Part shown: piece after piece, positions 49,901 through 64,000 of the stretch
How the letters are laid out: every line of letters starts with the position of its first letter
How positions within the stretch are numbered: the stretch's first letter is position 1
Source of the DNA: Trichodelitschia bisporula
Lineage: Eukaryota
Assembly: GCA_010356995.1 (NCBI GenBank)
Contig: ML996689.1
Span: 1,258,691 to 1,322,690, forward strand
Direction of reading: 5' to 3'
Length of the DNA: 64,000 nt
Position numbers and translations under genes: made by a program
Notes under the pieces: generated by a model
What the model was told of the DNA's origin: nothing
What the model saw: the letters and a program-made list of their open reading frames with translations, nothing else
Databases searched by the model: none

Positions 49901-52900
49901 TCGTATCGCCATTCGCGTGGCATACAGGGGAGTGCCGAACCGAACTGGTTATCTCTCCAAAATGGTTTAGGAGAGGAATCATGTTCAGAGTGCGTAGCTG
50001 AAGAAGCGAAGGAAGCGTCATGGAATAAAAGAAAGCAAAAGAGCCGTTGGCAGTTCGCTGGCGATGCTGGCGGTCAACTAGCTGCTGATCACCTGATGTT
50101 CTACCCTGTGAAGACTTCATCACGGCCTGGGCAGTTGTACAAGATGAGGGCAGGCCGAGCGATGCCCAGACTGCTGAGCGGAAAGGAAGAACTATTGGGG
50201 AAGGATGAGATGAAAGGGCGTTGGCATGACGTTGGGATTGCCTTTGCACCGATCTGCGACAGGAGTGTGGGAGGCACCTCCACCATCTCATCTTCCCCCC
50301 CAAACCGCACAACCTCTACCAGATTCTCGGGTCAATTCGCCAGCCTCGTCTCAGCCAGGCTCCGCTTACCTAACCCTGTTGTGCATATCATAACGTCTGC
50401 CAAAAAGGGCCCCAAATCACTTGCCTCACCAAGGTAGCCTCTCTCAAACCTTCAACAGCAAGCCCAATGGTCACCTGCTCACTGCCCATCTGCGAATCAT
50501 TGGACCATGCATGAGCCCGTCGAAGCCTCGTCCTGCCAAGTCTGCTCTCCCTCTTATGGCGCACCCCATTTCCCCCACCATCTCCTCCTCGTCTCCCCCC
50601 CTTTGTTGCCATGCGCTTTGCTAGCCTCCCGGCTCTTTACGGGCCAATCTACCAAACCCGCTTCCCCTAAATTCGAAAATCTTCCTAGTGAGGTTGTGCC
50701 GCGCACAGGGACGCGCACTTGGATAAGCGGCTAGGAGGTCGCTCCCAATTTGCCAGGACACGCTTACCACTTAGCCCCCGTACCGTAAAGAGATCCTCAC
50801 CTCTACCCTTGCACTGCCCTGCGGTAAACGTGGGCCAAGTCTCCCACCCGGAGGCCCCGCCTGGGATAATCAAGGGGACCGAGAGACGGAGAGGCTCTGA
50901 TTTCTGAGGCTTTTCGCCCAATGTTGCAAGGGTCGTGGCTTATTTTTTGGCTTGTTGGCAAGGGTCCAGGACTCCAGGGCAGGTTGTGAGACTATCGTAC
51001 GGGTCGGGAGCATCCCGATTCGTCAGTTATGTCATTCCGGGGCGCTCGGCTGCGCGATGCCGCTTCGTCATCTGAACTGGCGGCGTAGTCGGTGACCGCC
51101 GAAGGGATGGCAATTTTGCGCTCCTCTTCCAGGAGCGGGCTAGGAAGCCGGTGACGACCCCAAGAGCATAAGGCGAAAAGGCGAAACGCGAAGGGCCAAA
51201 TAAAAATGGGACGCCGCATATCGAGCTGTCAGGTGAGGTGTTTGTGCATGCGGCGAGCCTCGTCCTAGGCGTCCCGGAGCAGGAAATACAACATCGATTG
51301 CCTGCTTCCTGCAAGCCATTGCGTCGTCGAACACGGCGCTGGAAACCCTTGGAAAGAAGGCTGAGAGCCTAAGACGCCCGATTAACGAGTCAGTATCTGG
51401 TAGATTGCAAGAAAGGCGAAGGTCGTGACGAATGAGTGCAGCCCCAGCAATCGACGTCGTTCAGGAAGGAGGTTGAGAAAGCATCACAAGCTGAAGAACG
51501 ATGTGATTCGTCAGTTGACGCCAGAGGCGGCGTGCCAGATGCAAATCACATTCACAGCACACAACTGGTTTTCGAATCACAAGACACAGCGCATTTCCAG
51601 CGCATGCAGCCCTTGTCACTAAGCGCTCACCCATCAAGCTAGCATCTGAGATCGGCATCTTTCGGCCGACGTAAGCCGTGACCGATAAGGTAGACCGGTA
51701 CTGTAATCCGTACACCGACTCGCAAACGAAGAAAATCCTCATGGCATGCGGTGCTGACAAGGCAAATATCGCCGAAAGGCGCAGCAGCAGTGACGCCCGG
51801 CAGGTGGAGTGAAGCGCAGTGTGCTACGTACCAGTAGTCCAGTATGCATTTGCGGCCTCTCAGTTGACTGCCGAGACGACAATGGAAGGCGAATGAGCGG
51901 CGCCTCGCGCTTGAATTCACTTCGGAACAGCCTGAATTAATTCCCACCAGGATGCCTTGTTGGGTTGAGAGTTGCCGCATCCGGAGTCGGAAGCTAGTGA
52001 GCAAACGAGCCGCAACTCGTCGGGCATCGGGAAGTGGGTGAGCGACGCAGGACGAGAAAGGGATCCTAGGTGCTGCTGATTGCAGGCGGTGATCCGTCGA
52101 CTTCACCAGCTTAAGAGGACTAGCGGGCTGGGGTCGCATGTCGCCGGAGTCTCTGGCTCTAATTGACAAACATCCAGCGACAATTTGAAGCCAGAAATTT
52201 AAAGGCAGCAACGACCTGACTCTTTGGTCACGTGATTGCGCGCCAAAAGCGCGAAGCCACCCTTCTAGAATTCTCCGACAGGATGCAAAGCTGTGGCTTC
52301 GCCCAGGCTTCCTAAAGAGTTACCGTATGCTGTGGTTACCGCGCGGGTGCTTCTCATGAAATGATGCAAGCGTATGTCTCAGAGCGGCGATTGGCCTGGG
52401 AGCCGTCTGGGCAATACTTCGAAGTCGTGGCGAGGCTCAGTCCACTATCCTATCACGTCCGGACCGTAATGCAAATTGAGAGGATCGTTCCATCGTAAAG
52501 TTGAGTAGCAGTGGCCTGCCCGCATGAAATGCAGAATATGAATGCAAACTGAGATGTGGAATGTGTCGCTGCTTTGCGCAGTCTTTCAGTAGATCGCCGA
52601 CACGGTGATCGAATCTAGACTATGGAACTCTGGCAGTTGCAATACTGGCGGTAAGGTCGTCGACTCGCATGACGTAACTCAGGAAATGCGGAGGTGTCCA
52701 ATGAGGGAACGAAGCGGTCAATATTTCTGTCTCGGACTCCAGCGAGAACTTTCATTCGCTGCAGCGGCAAGCAAATTGGAAAGATAGCCGCGCGAGGATG
52801 CAGAATCATAAACGCTGCGCTGGTCTCGCGAGCCGAGACCGCATTACACATGGTCACTGGAGGCGCTGTCAAGGATAATCGGAAGGCGGCTTCCATCACT

Positions 52901-55900
52901 CCATGGGACTCAATCTCCAGCTGTTGACATCCGTTGTCTCCGACATTTCGGTTGTTGGCGCCGGGAAGGAATCAGTCGTCCCATCTTCGCGGATGGTTGC
53001 ATAAAGCGGAATATGACATTCACCGCTTCTTTGCAGCGGGTATGCAACGGACGGTGCGTGTGGGACATCGCCCAGCAGGCAGCCGACACGTGCAGCAAGG
53101 CATCAGATGCCTCGAGACTTCAACTTCATCACCTCCGGCGTCGACGTCCACCGTTCCCGTTGAACGCGATACGGGTATGACAATTTGCCATATGGCTGGG
53201 CGATATCGGATGGCTTGGATTGTGGCCGGTACAGCTGTGATCGTCTGTCTCCACATTGCTTTTGCAAGTGAAGGTGAGCTGCGTCATAGATTGAAACGAT
53301 AAATTAGCCGTCAAGAGACACAAAAATCTCCCCTTTCAGAGCAGAATGGCGAAGCATAAGTTTGTTGAGCTGGCCGATGCTGATGGGGTCATGGCTTGCA
53401 CATCCATGCACGGCAGCAACTTCCATTGTCGTACCTGGTATCTGAGCTTGGGCCGCAGGAATGGTTTGCATGCCATTTCCGTGATTAATTTATTCTTTGC
53501 AATTGCGTGAGGCAGATCGAACAGCTTGCCGGCCACTACGTGCTCCGCGCATGCGCCGGAAGCCTTGACGAAGCGGCCTCCGGACGCGGTGTGAGCACAC
53601 AGACTTGACTTACACAACATACGGTATGTGTGGCAATTTTGGCCGGCAGGAAGGCCGGGGAGGCTTAAGCAGAATGTAAGTGGATAGCCTTGCATATGCT
53701 CGGAACCATGGGAGCCCAAACATGCAGGTGATGTTTGTGCAGCGAGAGACGTAGGCTCTGAGTAATTGTGGCTTTAACTCACTGGGTCGGAATGCCAATG
53801 CGAGATGGGATGGCCGTGCGCCACAACAGCTGAAAACCTGAGACGGCCAAGCTTCAAGAAGTTCGAAGAAGCAGTTGAAGGGGTTGGAACTTTCGACAGG
53901 TCGTTGCCGCTTTGTGACGCTGGAAAGCGAGCGAGAAGGGCGGGACATCATAGTGCCGAACCCGGGCTAGGATTCTCGCCACCAGGTCAGGAAACCAACC
54001 TCCAATCCCACATCAACACCAAGCGCCTGCTTACCTCCGTACAACATGCATCTCTCTTCTCACACATATTCCGACACAACACCCTCATGTACGCACATGC
54101 TCAACGCACAGCCTCCTCCAAGTTGCCGTGAAAAGCGTACAATCTTCGCCTTCGCGTGCAGCATATCGGTGGCTTTGTCGACCCGCCGTATTGCAGGTTG
54201 CGACGCGGGTCTCCGTCCGGTTTACGCAGACCTTCATCAGACGATCAACGAAACATCCCGCATCTGCCGCGCGAGGGGCACTAAAAGATCACAGTACGTT
54301 GCGTAAAGGCATACCCACAGGTAGAATGTCGGAGCCCCCATGGTCCGGGGTTGCACACAGGGAGGCGCATACCGAAGACGAGCACTCGGCGTGGTGGCGG
54401 CCATTTGGCGTGCCCGGAAACCCGGGTAACATGCGTTAGCCGGGGCTTATTGGCTTGGAAGTAAACGCTCCCCTGGGACCAAAGAGCAACTCTATTGTTT
54501 CCTAAACGCTTTGCCGTTTCGTTTCACCCGCTCTTTTGATCGTCTTTCTTTTGCCCTGAGGCTTTTTGCTTCTGCCATCCCATTTGATCTCGGCGTTTAG
54601 AGTGCAGAACACACGAGCATCAAACTGCAGAACACGACAGCGGATGGTTGAGGTGGATACTCCGCCTCTTTTCCGCTTGCCTTATAATCGCTCAATCGCC
54701 CCACGGTCGGGCCCTCGTTATTCCCACAGGGCTAATCCCGGCTCGCACATCAACGACGTCTGGTCTTTGAGAGAACATGCAGTCATTTCTATTCCCCCAC
54801 GACGTCAACACATACGTAGCATTTTCCGTACCACCACCGTAGACCGCCTGCGCACGCTTGCGCACGCGCTTGATCCTTCCAACGTCGCCTGGCTTGCTTC
54901 TAGCCTGCCATGGCCGCCTCCGCACTACCTTACGCCGCGCCAACCTTACGCCTTGAGAGATAGCAAAAGCCGAAGACGACACGATTCTAGCTTACCCCCT
55001 TACGCGAGGGAGCTCTTCGCGAGCTAAACTTCATCTTCGGGACAGGCACAAGCCGCACATGCGAGTTAGGTTCGCACTAAGTACATACCGTAACTTTGCG
55101 CCAGCCGGTGCGACGCCCAACAAACGTCCATCGAGCCAACCAAAAGCCACCGGCTCACTGCATCTGATCTGGCTGATGTTGATGATGCTGATGAGCCATG
55201 ACATGGTAGCTCTCCCTGTCCTCTCTTCTTCCCCTATCAGTACAGTACGACTCTCGTTCTCTCTCTCTATGACGCGTGTAACTTTGCAGTATCGGCTGGA
55301 GTTGTCGTCCCCTGCCTTCCCGTTGACTCTTCTTCTCCCTTCTCTGCCGTCTTCAGGGTCTTGGTCGTTTGCCCGGTTGGGGTTGGGGCAACAATGTTCC
55401 GTAGTTCCCCTATGCTTTGTTCTTGTGTTCTTTTTTACGGCGCAGCCTCTCCCGGCCCTCCGTACGAATAAAGGGTCCCATGGTATCGTGCCGGAACCTT
55501 TCAGGGGTACGGCCCTTTTGTGATGTGTCGTGCTCCAATCAAATGACCAATTGTGTCTCTCCCATCGCACTTCTCGAGAAGCGATCCAGCCTGATTTTCA
55601 GAACTACGTATCATACATGCCTCTTCCTCACGTCTCACCCCCCTAGTTCTGTCCTCCAATGTGCTGTAACTATCAAGGCCTTGCTGACGCCGTTTCGCTC
55701 ATGGCCAATTCGATGGACTTTGGGCGTCGTGCAATGACTACCTAATGCACCCGGCGGAGGGGGGGATATTTCACTGTTGTTAGACCGTTGCCTCATACTG
55801 TAGTACGTATTAAAGTCTCTGACGGAGTAGTAGCGCCCTGCCAACGCCCCACTGCCTCCACCTCCCCCCATCCCCACCCCCCAGGTTCGCCATTTTGAGG

Positions 55901-56703
55901 CTTGTCGGCCTCTTTTGTTCTACGCCTGGACCGCCGCCTCACCTCCCCACTCAAACCACGCGAATGGGAACAGAGGCGTCACAGTGCCGCGCACCGGACT
56001 GGAGTCCGTCACGCCTTGTCCCTCAGTTTGCATGCTATGCCCTTGTGAGTCTGACTGTTCCATGGCCAATCTTCCCCATAGCTAGTGTGGTAATGGCGTG
56101 TAAAAATAAGTTATTCTCGACGTTCTTCCGGCCCCCTCGGCTCCTAGGGCCACACGTCCGCCTGACGCCTCTCACCGTTATTCTGTCGAGGGCACTGGCT
56201 GGAATGAATGAATTGGTGTTGCACTTTGCACAGAGTTGCAAGTCTCTTAGGGTCTTGCCCACCTGCCTTGCCCAGCTGCTCCGAACAAAGTGAACCTGCC
56301 TAGTACTGTAAAAGAAGCAGTAACGACACATCCCGGTGATCTCTAACACCTAGGCAATCGGACCATCGTTCCGTCATGGTGTTTTCAATCTCAATTCCAA
56401 TGGCAACAAAAGTGCGAGCTTGAGCCCACCGCTCTTTCCCTCTTCTACTATTTTCCGATCTTCTTCCTCCTCACTTTTTGTTCGTTCCTCACTTCGTTCC
56501 GACTCTCCTTCCCTACCCCACTTTCCAATATCACACATCCTCACATCCTCCCATCCTCCACATATCCATCTCCCGATTAATTCCTCCGTCATTGTCATCT
56601 GCTACCTGATCAACTTCCCCCCTGCTCTACCAAAACACCTATCCCTCCCCCGCCTCTCTAACCGTGCGGACTACTGTTTGACCCATCCAATCCACTCTCC
56701 GTC

Positions 56704-56713
56704 NNNNNNNNNN
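56704..56713. other. Assembly gap (10 N)
   Basis: Run of N bases. Confidence 0.99.
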
Positions 56714-57209
56714 TTGGGTAGCTAGTTAGCCCTGCGACCTGCAGACACCGCACCGCCTTCCCGCTGCCAGCGCCCGAGATACTTCTTGTGCTACGCTTCC
56801 GTTAGCATCTCACTATTCTCACTATCCCTCGCTGCCCATCCCGGCGCCTTCCCGGCTCCCGCTCTTCCCCGCCAACCGCCATCCCGGACCTTTTTCTTCC
56901 TTGCTTTGCTGGCAGGTTGCCTCGCCTTTCGGCCAATTGCATTGTCACCTATTCTCTCTTCTTATGTGCCTATAAACCCCCCCACCACCGTCGGACTCCA
57001 ACACGCCCCTCACATACCTCAACCACTCTTCTCTCACCACCTCTCCCCGCCACATTATCGTCGACTGCAATCTTCGATTATTCATGACCGGCTCTTCGAC
57101 ACTTCGCTCATAACACTACGACGCTCTCGAGTTCTTGATAGGTACCACTGGGTACCCCTGAGCTCATACGCAGGAAATTTGTCCCGCAATCGTTAGAGCA
57201 GCAGTCAAA

Positions 57210-59234
57210 ATGATTTTCCGGAGGAACAGCATGTCGACCAAACAGTCGACGACACCGTTCCCGTGGCGCCAGCTGATCATCCTCTGTATGTGCCCCATTC
57301 CCTTTGTGTTGCGAATCGTCACGTTCTGTTGTTGCTAGAGAGACCCTTGCCAACCAATCGCAGCGCTGTGCCGGATATGTGAGCCAATCGCTTTCATGTC
57401 AATCTTTCCGTACAGTTACTTCATGCTCAAGTCTTTCAATGTCGATGAACGTTACCTCGGTTGGTACGTCGGGTTGGTCACGGCGGCTTTCGCCTTCGCC
57501 GAGTGTCTCGCTGGGCCCTTCTGGGGTCGGCTGAGCGACCGCATCGGACGCAAGCCTGTCTTGCTAACCGGTCTGCTTGGAACGGGCATCAGCATGCTGC
57601 TTTTCGGATTTGCAACGAACCTTTGGACGGCTTTGATCGCACGTGCCGTTGGTGGGCTGCTGAATGGGTAAGGCTTTCATTGTGCTGCTGTGAGAAATTT
57701 GCTGACCCCGGTTAGTAATATTGGTGTCTTAACCACCACTGTTGCGGAAGTCGTGACGGTTGAGGCTCATCAGCGTAAGTTTTCGGTTCAAGATCATGAG
57801 CGGCATCTAAATTTTGATAGCGCGGGCGTTTGCCATCATGCCTTTCGTTTGGTGCCTTGGGTAAGGCCTTCCCTTGATTGTACACCCACAATCTGACTGA
57901 CCTGCAGAACTATTGTTGCGGGTGTCCTCGGTGGCACGCTAGCTGAACCTGTCAAGAGCTATCCCGGCTATTTCAAGGCTGGAGGCTTATTCGACCGTTA
58001 TCCGTATCTGCTGCCAAACCTGGTGTGCACGGGAGTGGTGATCTTCAGCTTCAATGTTGGCCTCTTTTTCCTTGGCGAGACCCATGAAGACAAGCTCAAC
58101 CGCAAAGATGTTTGTCTCTCCGTTGGAAATCGGTTCCTCGCTCTATTTAGTGTGAATGTCAAGCTTCCATGTGAGGAGGAGCCGCAGGCCCTGGATGAGA
58201 AGGATGAGAAGGATGAGAGATGCATGGGATACTCCGCCAATTCCCGCTTCCTACCCAACATCTCAGCCCCCTGTTCGGCACAGAGTTCGGTCATCGGGAA
58301 CGGGTGCAAGGATATCAAGAATCCGTCGTGGCTCAAGGGTTTCACCAGACAGGTGTTGTACGTCGTTGTGAGCGTCGGTTTCTTGGCGTTGTGAGTTGCC
58401 ATTCCCAAGGGGATGAAGGAAGCTGCTAATGCATCTAGTCACACCATTACGTTTGAGCAACTGATGCCCGTACTTTTCAGCATGCCGGAGTCTACGACGA
58501 GGCCTGAACTTCCGTTCAAGTTCGTTGGTGGATTCGCACTATCCACAACAACGATCGGCATCATCCTGTCATGCCAGGGCGTTCTTCAGATGCTGGCGCA
58601 AATCTTCCTGTTCGAAGCCGTCAGTGCACGGCTCGGATCGCTGATGACCTTCCGGATCGTCGCCTTCGGCTACCCGCTGCTGTACTTTTGCGTTCCGTAC
58701 CTGGCCCTGCTGCCCACTACTCTCCGTGGTCTCGGGATTTTCCTGGTGCTCGTGTGCAAGGTTACCGGCCAGGCGCTTTCCTACCCCTCGCTTAACATCA
58801 TGCTGGCCAATGCTACCGACAAGCGGGTTCTTGGGACGGTTATGGGCGTATCCTCGTCGGCCGCGTCGCTAGCTCGCGCACTGGGTCCAATGCTGGCGGG
58901 TTTGATTCAAGCCGAGGGTCTGAAGATAGGGTACTCCGGTTTCTCTTGGTGGTGGTGCTCCATCGTCTCCGTCGTTGGCGTGGTGGTGAGCTTGAAGTTG
59001 GAAGATACTGGATCCCGCAACAAATCCCGCAACAAGTCTCGCTGGCAACGATCGGGTGACGGAAGCGACGAGGAAGAGGCCTTGCTTCCCGAGAACTACG
59101 AATATGGCTCACTGGCATCCCGTCTGGTACCGGATGCCGGAAGTACCATTGGCGATGATGCCGAGTCATGTGTTTCGACGCTCGTCGGTGATGAGGACAA
59201 CCACACGGCCACCGAGGCCGGGAGCAAGTGCTAA
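57210..59234 (+). CDS. Major facilitator superfamily transporter (ZIFL/YCR023C-like), multi-intron
   Basis: PFPWRQLIIL..CRICEPIAFMSIFPY, motif A WGRLSDRIGRKPVLL, GGLLNG|NIGV, YPYLLPNL, SLARALGP. Start at ATG 57210 or 57231. Confidence 0.92.
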
Positions 59235-60894
59235 CAGAGCCAACCTTGTGCCGCTTCAGTTCTTCCTTGACTTCTCCTTTGTCTGGTCTTAAAGCGCGTT
59301 ACGGCATTTAATAAGGTCTCTTTCTTCCTTCCCTTTCTGGTCATGCGTTTCGCGTGGGCGCTTCAAGAGCTGGGCCCGGGGCAAACCCGGGCAGGATTTT
59401 CCAACGTTTCATTGTTAACGCTTTTCGCATCAAATGGGCGCTGGGATTTGGACTTAGAGCTTGGGATGAAAAGACAGATTAGATCGGGAGGAACACAGTG
59501 AGTGGTATCGGAGCATACCCTCGAGGCATGGGACTGGGCTGGGGGGGGGGGGCATCATGGGCACATAACGGGAGGGCCGACTCAGCAAACGGCAGGTTAG
59601 GCATATGGAGGGTTTTCGGCGTTGGCTTTTGCTCGTCTTTTTTTCTTTTGCTCCGACTTCATTTCCTATGGCATGACGTATACCCCCCTTTTTTAAGTAG
59701 TACTTTTGCTTCCGGCGAACTTCGCAGTTGCTGAATGGATTTTAATCGCGGGCTCTTTAGAGCGGAGATTAGGCTGTTTGCAATGGTGATGGCGCGCATT
59801 TTTTTGACTGTGGAAGGTTCACGCGCCGTACCTGACGCTCCCATCGATCTGGTCTCGTGTGGGCTGTAGATCTGTGGCTACAAGACCCCTTTTCCACACA
59901 TATCGAGGCTCTTCATCGGAAAGTATCGTAAAGGCGGCGCCCTCCGCCTTGCCTTGCCACGCGGTTTGGGGAGGCCGAATTCTGAAACGCGGCATAGTGC
60001 CGACATGCGCGCGGATACCGATCATCTCTGCGGGAAAGGCGAGGCTGCCCGCGCCAAGCGTCTCGATGAGGAAGGGCTAGCCTGTTTTGAGGGCGAAGCA
60101 CGGGATGGGGAGCAAGAGATAAGGCGGGCGGAGTGGGTGATTGATTGGTTGGTGCGGGCGGGGGCGGGGGAGTTGGGCGATGGTGTTGCTAAGCTTGGGG
60201 AGGTGCTGATGGGATTGTGAGTGGAGAGGAGGGCGAGGATGAGGGAGATGGGAGGGCGAGGATCGAGATGGCCGAGTGGCGGGTAAAGGGAGGGGGATGT
60301 GGGGGGAGGAAGGTTATGCGGAGAGAGAAGGGTTTGCAGGTCGCGATGGGGTGGTGATGGCATCCGCTTTTGGTGGAGCTTCTTCGCTTCCTCTCTTCCA
60401 GAGCTGAGGGGTAGAGAATAATAATATCCAGTGGGAGAAGCTACTACAGTGTGCACTACTGCAGTATTCGAAGATAGTCTCCTTTCCCCTCTCCCAGCTA
60501 AACGCTTCCCCTCGGCTCTCTCCCATCAAACCATCCACCCGCCGTGCGGGAATTTCATCCAACCTTCAAAACCATCCCCCACCTCTCCCCTCCAAACGCG
60601 CCCAAGCTCCACCCGTGCCCAGGCCCGCCCTCTCCCCCCCCCCCCCCCCGCTCCCCATCAGCAACGACCTCCACTCCGCCGCGCCCACCGCCGGCGCAAA
60701 CCCAAACCACCTCAATCTCTCCCCGCGTCCATATTTTTTCGACGTCGAACCATCCGCCAACGTCATCTTCAATCCCATATCGACTACCGCATAGCTGAGC
60801 TTGCATCGGAGAGCTCCCGCGCCTCCCTTTGGTCGCCCGAACCCCCACTCCGCAACCAACAACGCAACCCGCACACCACACCCCCAATGCCCCC

Positions 60895-63800
60895 ATGAAC
60901 CCCCTCCCAGCTTCGCCGCCCTCGCGCGCGCCGGCCCTCGCTGGCACCAAGCGTGCACGCCGACCCTCGAACGGCAGCGGCGCCACGCAAGTAGGAATTA
61001 CAGGCGACGGGCCGGGCGGCGCATCGCCATCGGGAACAGGGTCCGCAACCGCTGCTGCAGACGCAGCGAGCGCATTCCGCAACGTCTCGGCCTGTAACCG
61101 GTGTCGACTACGCAAGAACCGTTGTGACCAGAAGCTGCCGGCCTGCTCGGCGTGTGAGAAGGCGAGGGTTAGGTGTGTGGGGTACGATCCTATTACGAAA
61201 CGGGAGATACCGAGGAGGTGAGTTGAGTTGATGATGGGGCCCCGGTGTGCGGGGAGCTGATGGGTGTAGTTATGTGTATTACCTCGAGGCACGTGTTGGA
61301 TACCTGGAGGGCTTGTTGACTGCGAACAATATCCACTACAACCCGCCGGAGGACTTCGTGCTCCTCCCTTCCGCCGCCGATGATGCGCGACCTACGGCCC
61401 CGCTCGCTGCGGCGCTCAAGCCTGCGCCTACACCCGTTGCTCCCTCCGGACCCCCCGCAGACCCTTCCGCCCAGGAACGCGAAAAGGTCAACACGATCCT
61501 CAGCTCCGCATCGCGAATTGCGGTTGAAGGCGCCTCCGATAGCCGCTTCCTGGGCTCCACGTCCGGCATCTCCTTCGCGCGCGTCGTCTTCGCCGCCGTC
61601 AAGAGCAGCGTCTCGGGCACGCCCTCCGAGCGGGCAGGCATGCGCCCCTCGAAACCGCTCCCGGGCGGTGCCGCCGGCGCCGCAGCCACAGCAGCCGGCG
61701 GGACGACATCCTCGATGCGCGACTCCTTCTTCGGCCTCCAAACCAAGCCGACTATCAAGCCCGCCCCGTTCCCGAGTAAAGAAACGGGGGCCAAGCTCGT
61801 GGAGCTCTATTTCGAGCATGCGAATCCGCAGATCCCGATACTGCATCGCCCGGAGTTCATGCGCATGTTTGAGCACGTGTATGCACAGCCGGAGGCCGAT
61901 CGTACGGCCCGCGAGCTGTATATGCTGAACATTGTCTTCGCGATCGGGGCTGGCATAATCGTAGGCACGAGTCCGGAGGCCGCGGCACGGGAACGCGGTG
62001 GGGGGCGCGACGAGCGTGCGCCCGTCCCTCGTGCCGTGGGCTCGCCGTCCGGCCACAAGAAGCGCAAGGTGCTCGTGACCGACGAGCAGTGCCAGCCGGA
62101 GGAATACCACGCCAGCGCCATCGTGCACCTGGAGGCCTTCCTCAACTCGGCCAACGCGGGCGATCGCGCCGACGGCATCGGCGCTTCGCTCGAGGAACTA
62201 CAGGCCGTGTTGCTGCTCGCTGGGTTCGCTCTGCTGCGCCCCGTAGCTCCGGGACTGTGGTATATCATCGGCGTGGCGGTGCGGTTGGCGGTTGATCTAG
62301 GGTTGCATTCGGAGGACGCGGTGGATGTGCACACGAAGACGTTTGGGGCGGAGGAGGCGAGGAATGGGGTCCCGGCGCCGACGAACGGGACGGCGAGGCT
62401 GCATCTTGTGCGGGTGAGGAGTTCGGGCCGGAGGCAGTATATTCTGGATTTTAGGAGGAGGCTTTGGTGGTGCGTTTATTCCTTCGACAGGCTGGTGAGC
62501 ACGTGCGTCGGCCGCCCGTTCAGCATTACGGACCAGGTCATCACGACTGAGTTCCCCTGCATGTGGGACGATGAATACATCACGCCCCACGGGATACAGC
62601 GGCCGGACGCCGGACGCGAGCGACCTAGCTACAAACTCGTTGCGCAGCACTATTTCCGCCTCCGGCTGTTGCAGAGCGAAATGCTGCAGGTGCTCCAACA
62701 TCGCCAGGCCAGCTTCGCGCGGGAGCGGGGCGTGAATGCAGACAACGGCTGGATGCACACGCGGCTCCCGTCGCCGTTTTTGAAGGATTTCGACGGAAGC
62801 TTCGCCGTCTGGCGCGCGGATATCGACCGTCGACTACGGGAGTGGATCGACCAGGCGCCCGGGCAAGCAGATGCAGGTGTCGGCTTCTCGCCCCTCTTTC
62901 TCGAGCTGAATTACTGGCAAGCAGTCATCATGCTGTACCGGCAGTCTCTCTCCGTACCCCCGGTGCTGGCGGACGAGTTGCGCGCCACGCCGGGGGATGT
63001 GGAGAGCCCGACCGTGGTGGGCGCGGAGCAGGAAGAAGATGAGGATTTGATATTCCTGCGCGTTGCGGAGGCGGGGCAGAAGGTGCTCAAGTTATATCGT
63101 CGCTTGCACCGGATTTACCTTGTGAACTACACATTCCTGGCTACGCACCATTTGTTCATGGCCGGTATTTCGTTTCTCTACGCCATATGGCACTCCCCCG
63201 TCGTGCGCTCCCAGCTCGTACGTCCCCCTCCCCCTCCCCCTCCCTTCCCAACCCACTAACCCCTGAACCTAGACCCTCGACGACGTCGACTTCACCGTCC
63301 TAGCCGCAACCTCCGTCCTCGACGACCTCATCGAAAAATGCCCACCGGCAGAAGCCTGCCGCGACGCCTTCGTACGCATGTCCAAAGCCACCATCAAAAT
63401 GTGCCTCAGCACCACGGGCTTCGGGTCCCCCTCCCATCCCTCCCGCGCCCCGCCCCTGCCCACGCACACCCAGCCTCTCGACCCCGTCCCCCAGCGCCCG
63501 ACCTTCGATTACGATCTCCGCGACCTGTTTTCCGCGGAAGAGAGCGCCCAACGCCCGTTTGCCCGCTTCGCGCAGCCGCAGTTCCAGGCCCCGCCGCCGG
63601 CGCAGATGCTGAATCCGAGGATTAAGCAGGAGCGTCAGACATTCCGGCCGAGTCCGAATTTCAGTCAGCCGCCGCCGCAGGGTAGTGTTCCTGGCCCGGC
63701 GACGACGGCGGCGGGACCGCAGAGCCCGAGTCCTGCGCCCACAGCTTTCCAATCATACGAGGGGTTCGATGTGTACCAGGGCGGGGGCCCGAGTCCCTTC

Positions 63801-64000
63801 TCGGATCTGGATTTCTTGGATCAGGTTTATGCGCCGTTGGATGGGAGGAGTGATGCGAGTGGGGGGTATGGGGAGGGGGTTGGGGGAGAGGAGGAGGGGA
63901 TGGGGATGGGGGGGATGGGGATGGGTTGGGATGGGAGTTTGGCGAGGTTTAGTGGGGGGGAGGGGGGGGTGGATTTGTTTGAGGGGTTCTTTTTCGGGGG
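60895..64000 (+). CDS. uaY: Zn(II)2Cys6 transcription factor, UaY-like regulator of purine utilisation; runs off the window
   Basis: FRNVSACNRCRLRKNRCDQKLPACSACEKARVRCVGYDPITKREIPR|SYVYYLEARV matches the UaY cluster as I remember it; fungal TF middle region RRRLWWCVYSFDR..GRP. Introns near 61218-61269 and 63218-63272. Confidence 0.88.

Noticed and set aside
51004..51018. UaY binding site (TCGG-N6-CCGA)
   Set aside because: Spacing here is 7 nt, so it is just a short inverted repeat far from any gene.

Overview
Intron-containing fungal DNA, most likely a filamentous ascomycete (Pezizomycotina-type GTRNGT donors, CTRAY branch points, introns mostly 42-56 nt). Splicing the fragmented ORFs by hand gives about 17 protein genes: a giant (>2,770 aa, 5'-truncated) protein fusing a ComEC-type metallo-beta-lactamase domain to a long beta-rich DUF6603-like region, then SF3B1, Dpy-30/Sdc1, RPS13, an Abr1/Fet3-like multicopper oxidase, a SulP sulfate permease, Bub2, a DUF3176-like protein, ChaC, U2AF large subunit, Ogg1, a LanC-like protein, Rax2, Erv46, a UBC-fold protein, an MFS transporter and a UaY-type Zn2Cys6 factor (3'-truncated). 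The best leads are (1) the giant MBL-DUF6603-like fusion, (2) a 50-nt AT-AC intron that the oxidase needs to complete its copper-binding motif, (3) a candidate intronic box C/D snoRNA in a non-coding transcript divergent from RPS13, and (4) two CYS-3/MetR-type sites flanking a 17-bp minisatellite upstream of the sulfate permease. Family names come from recognising motifs from memory; no database search was run.
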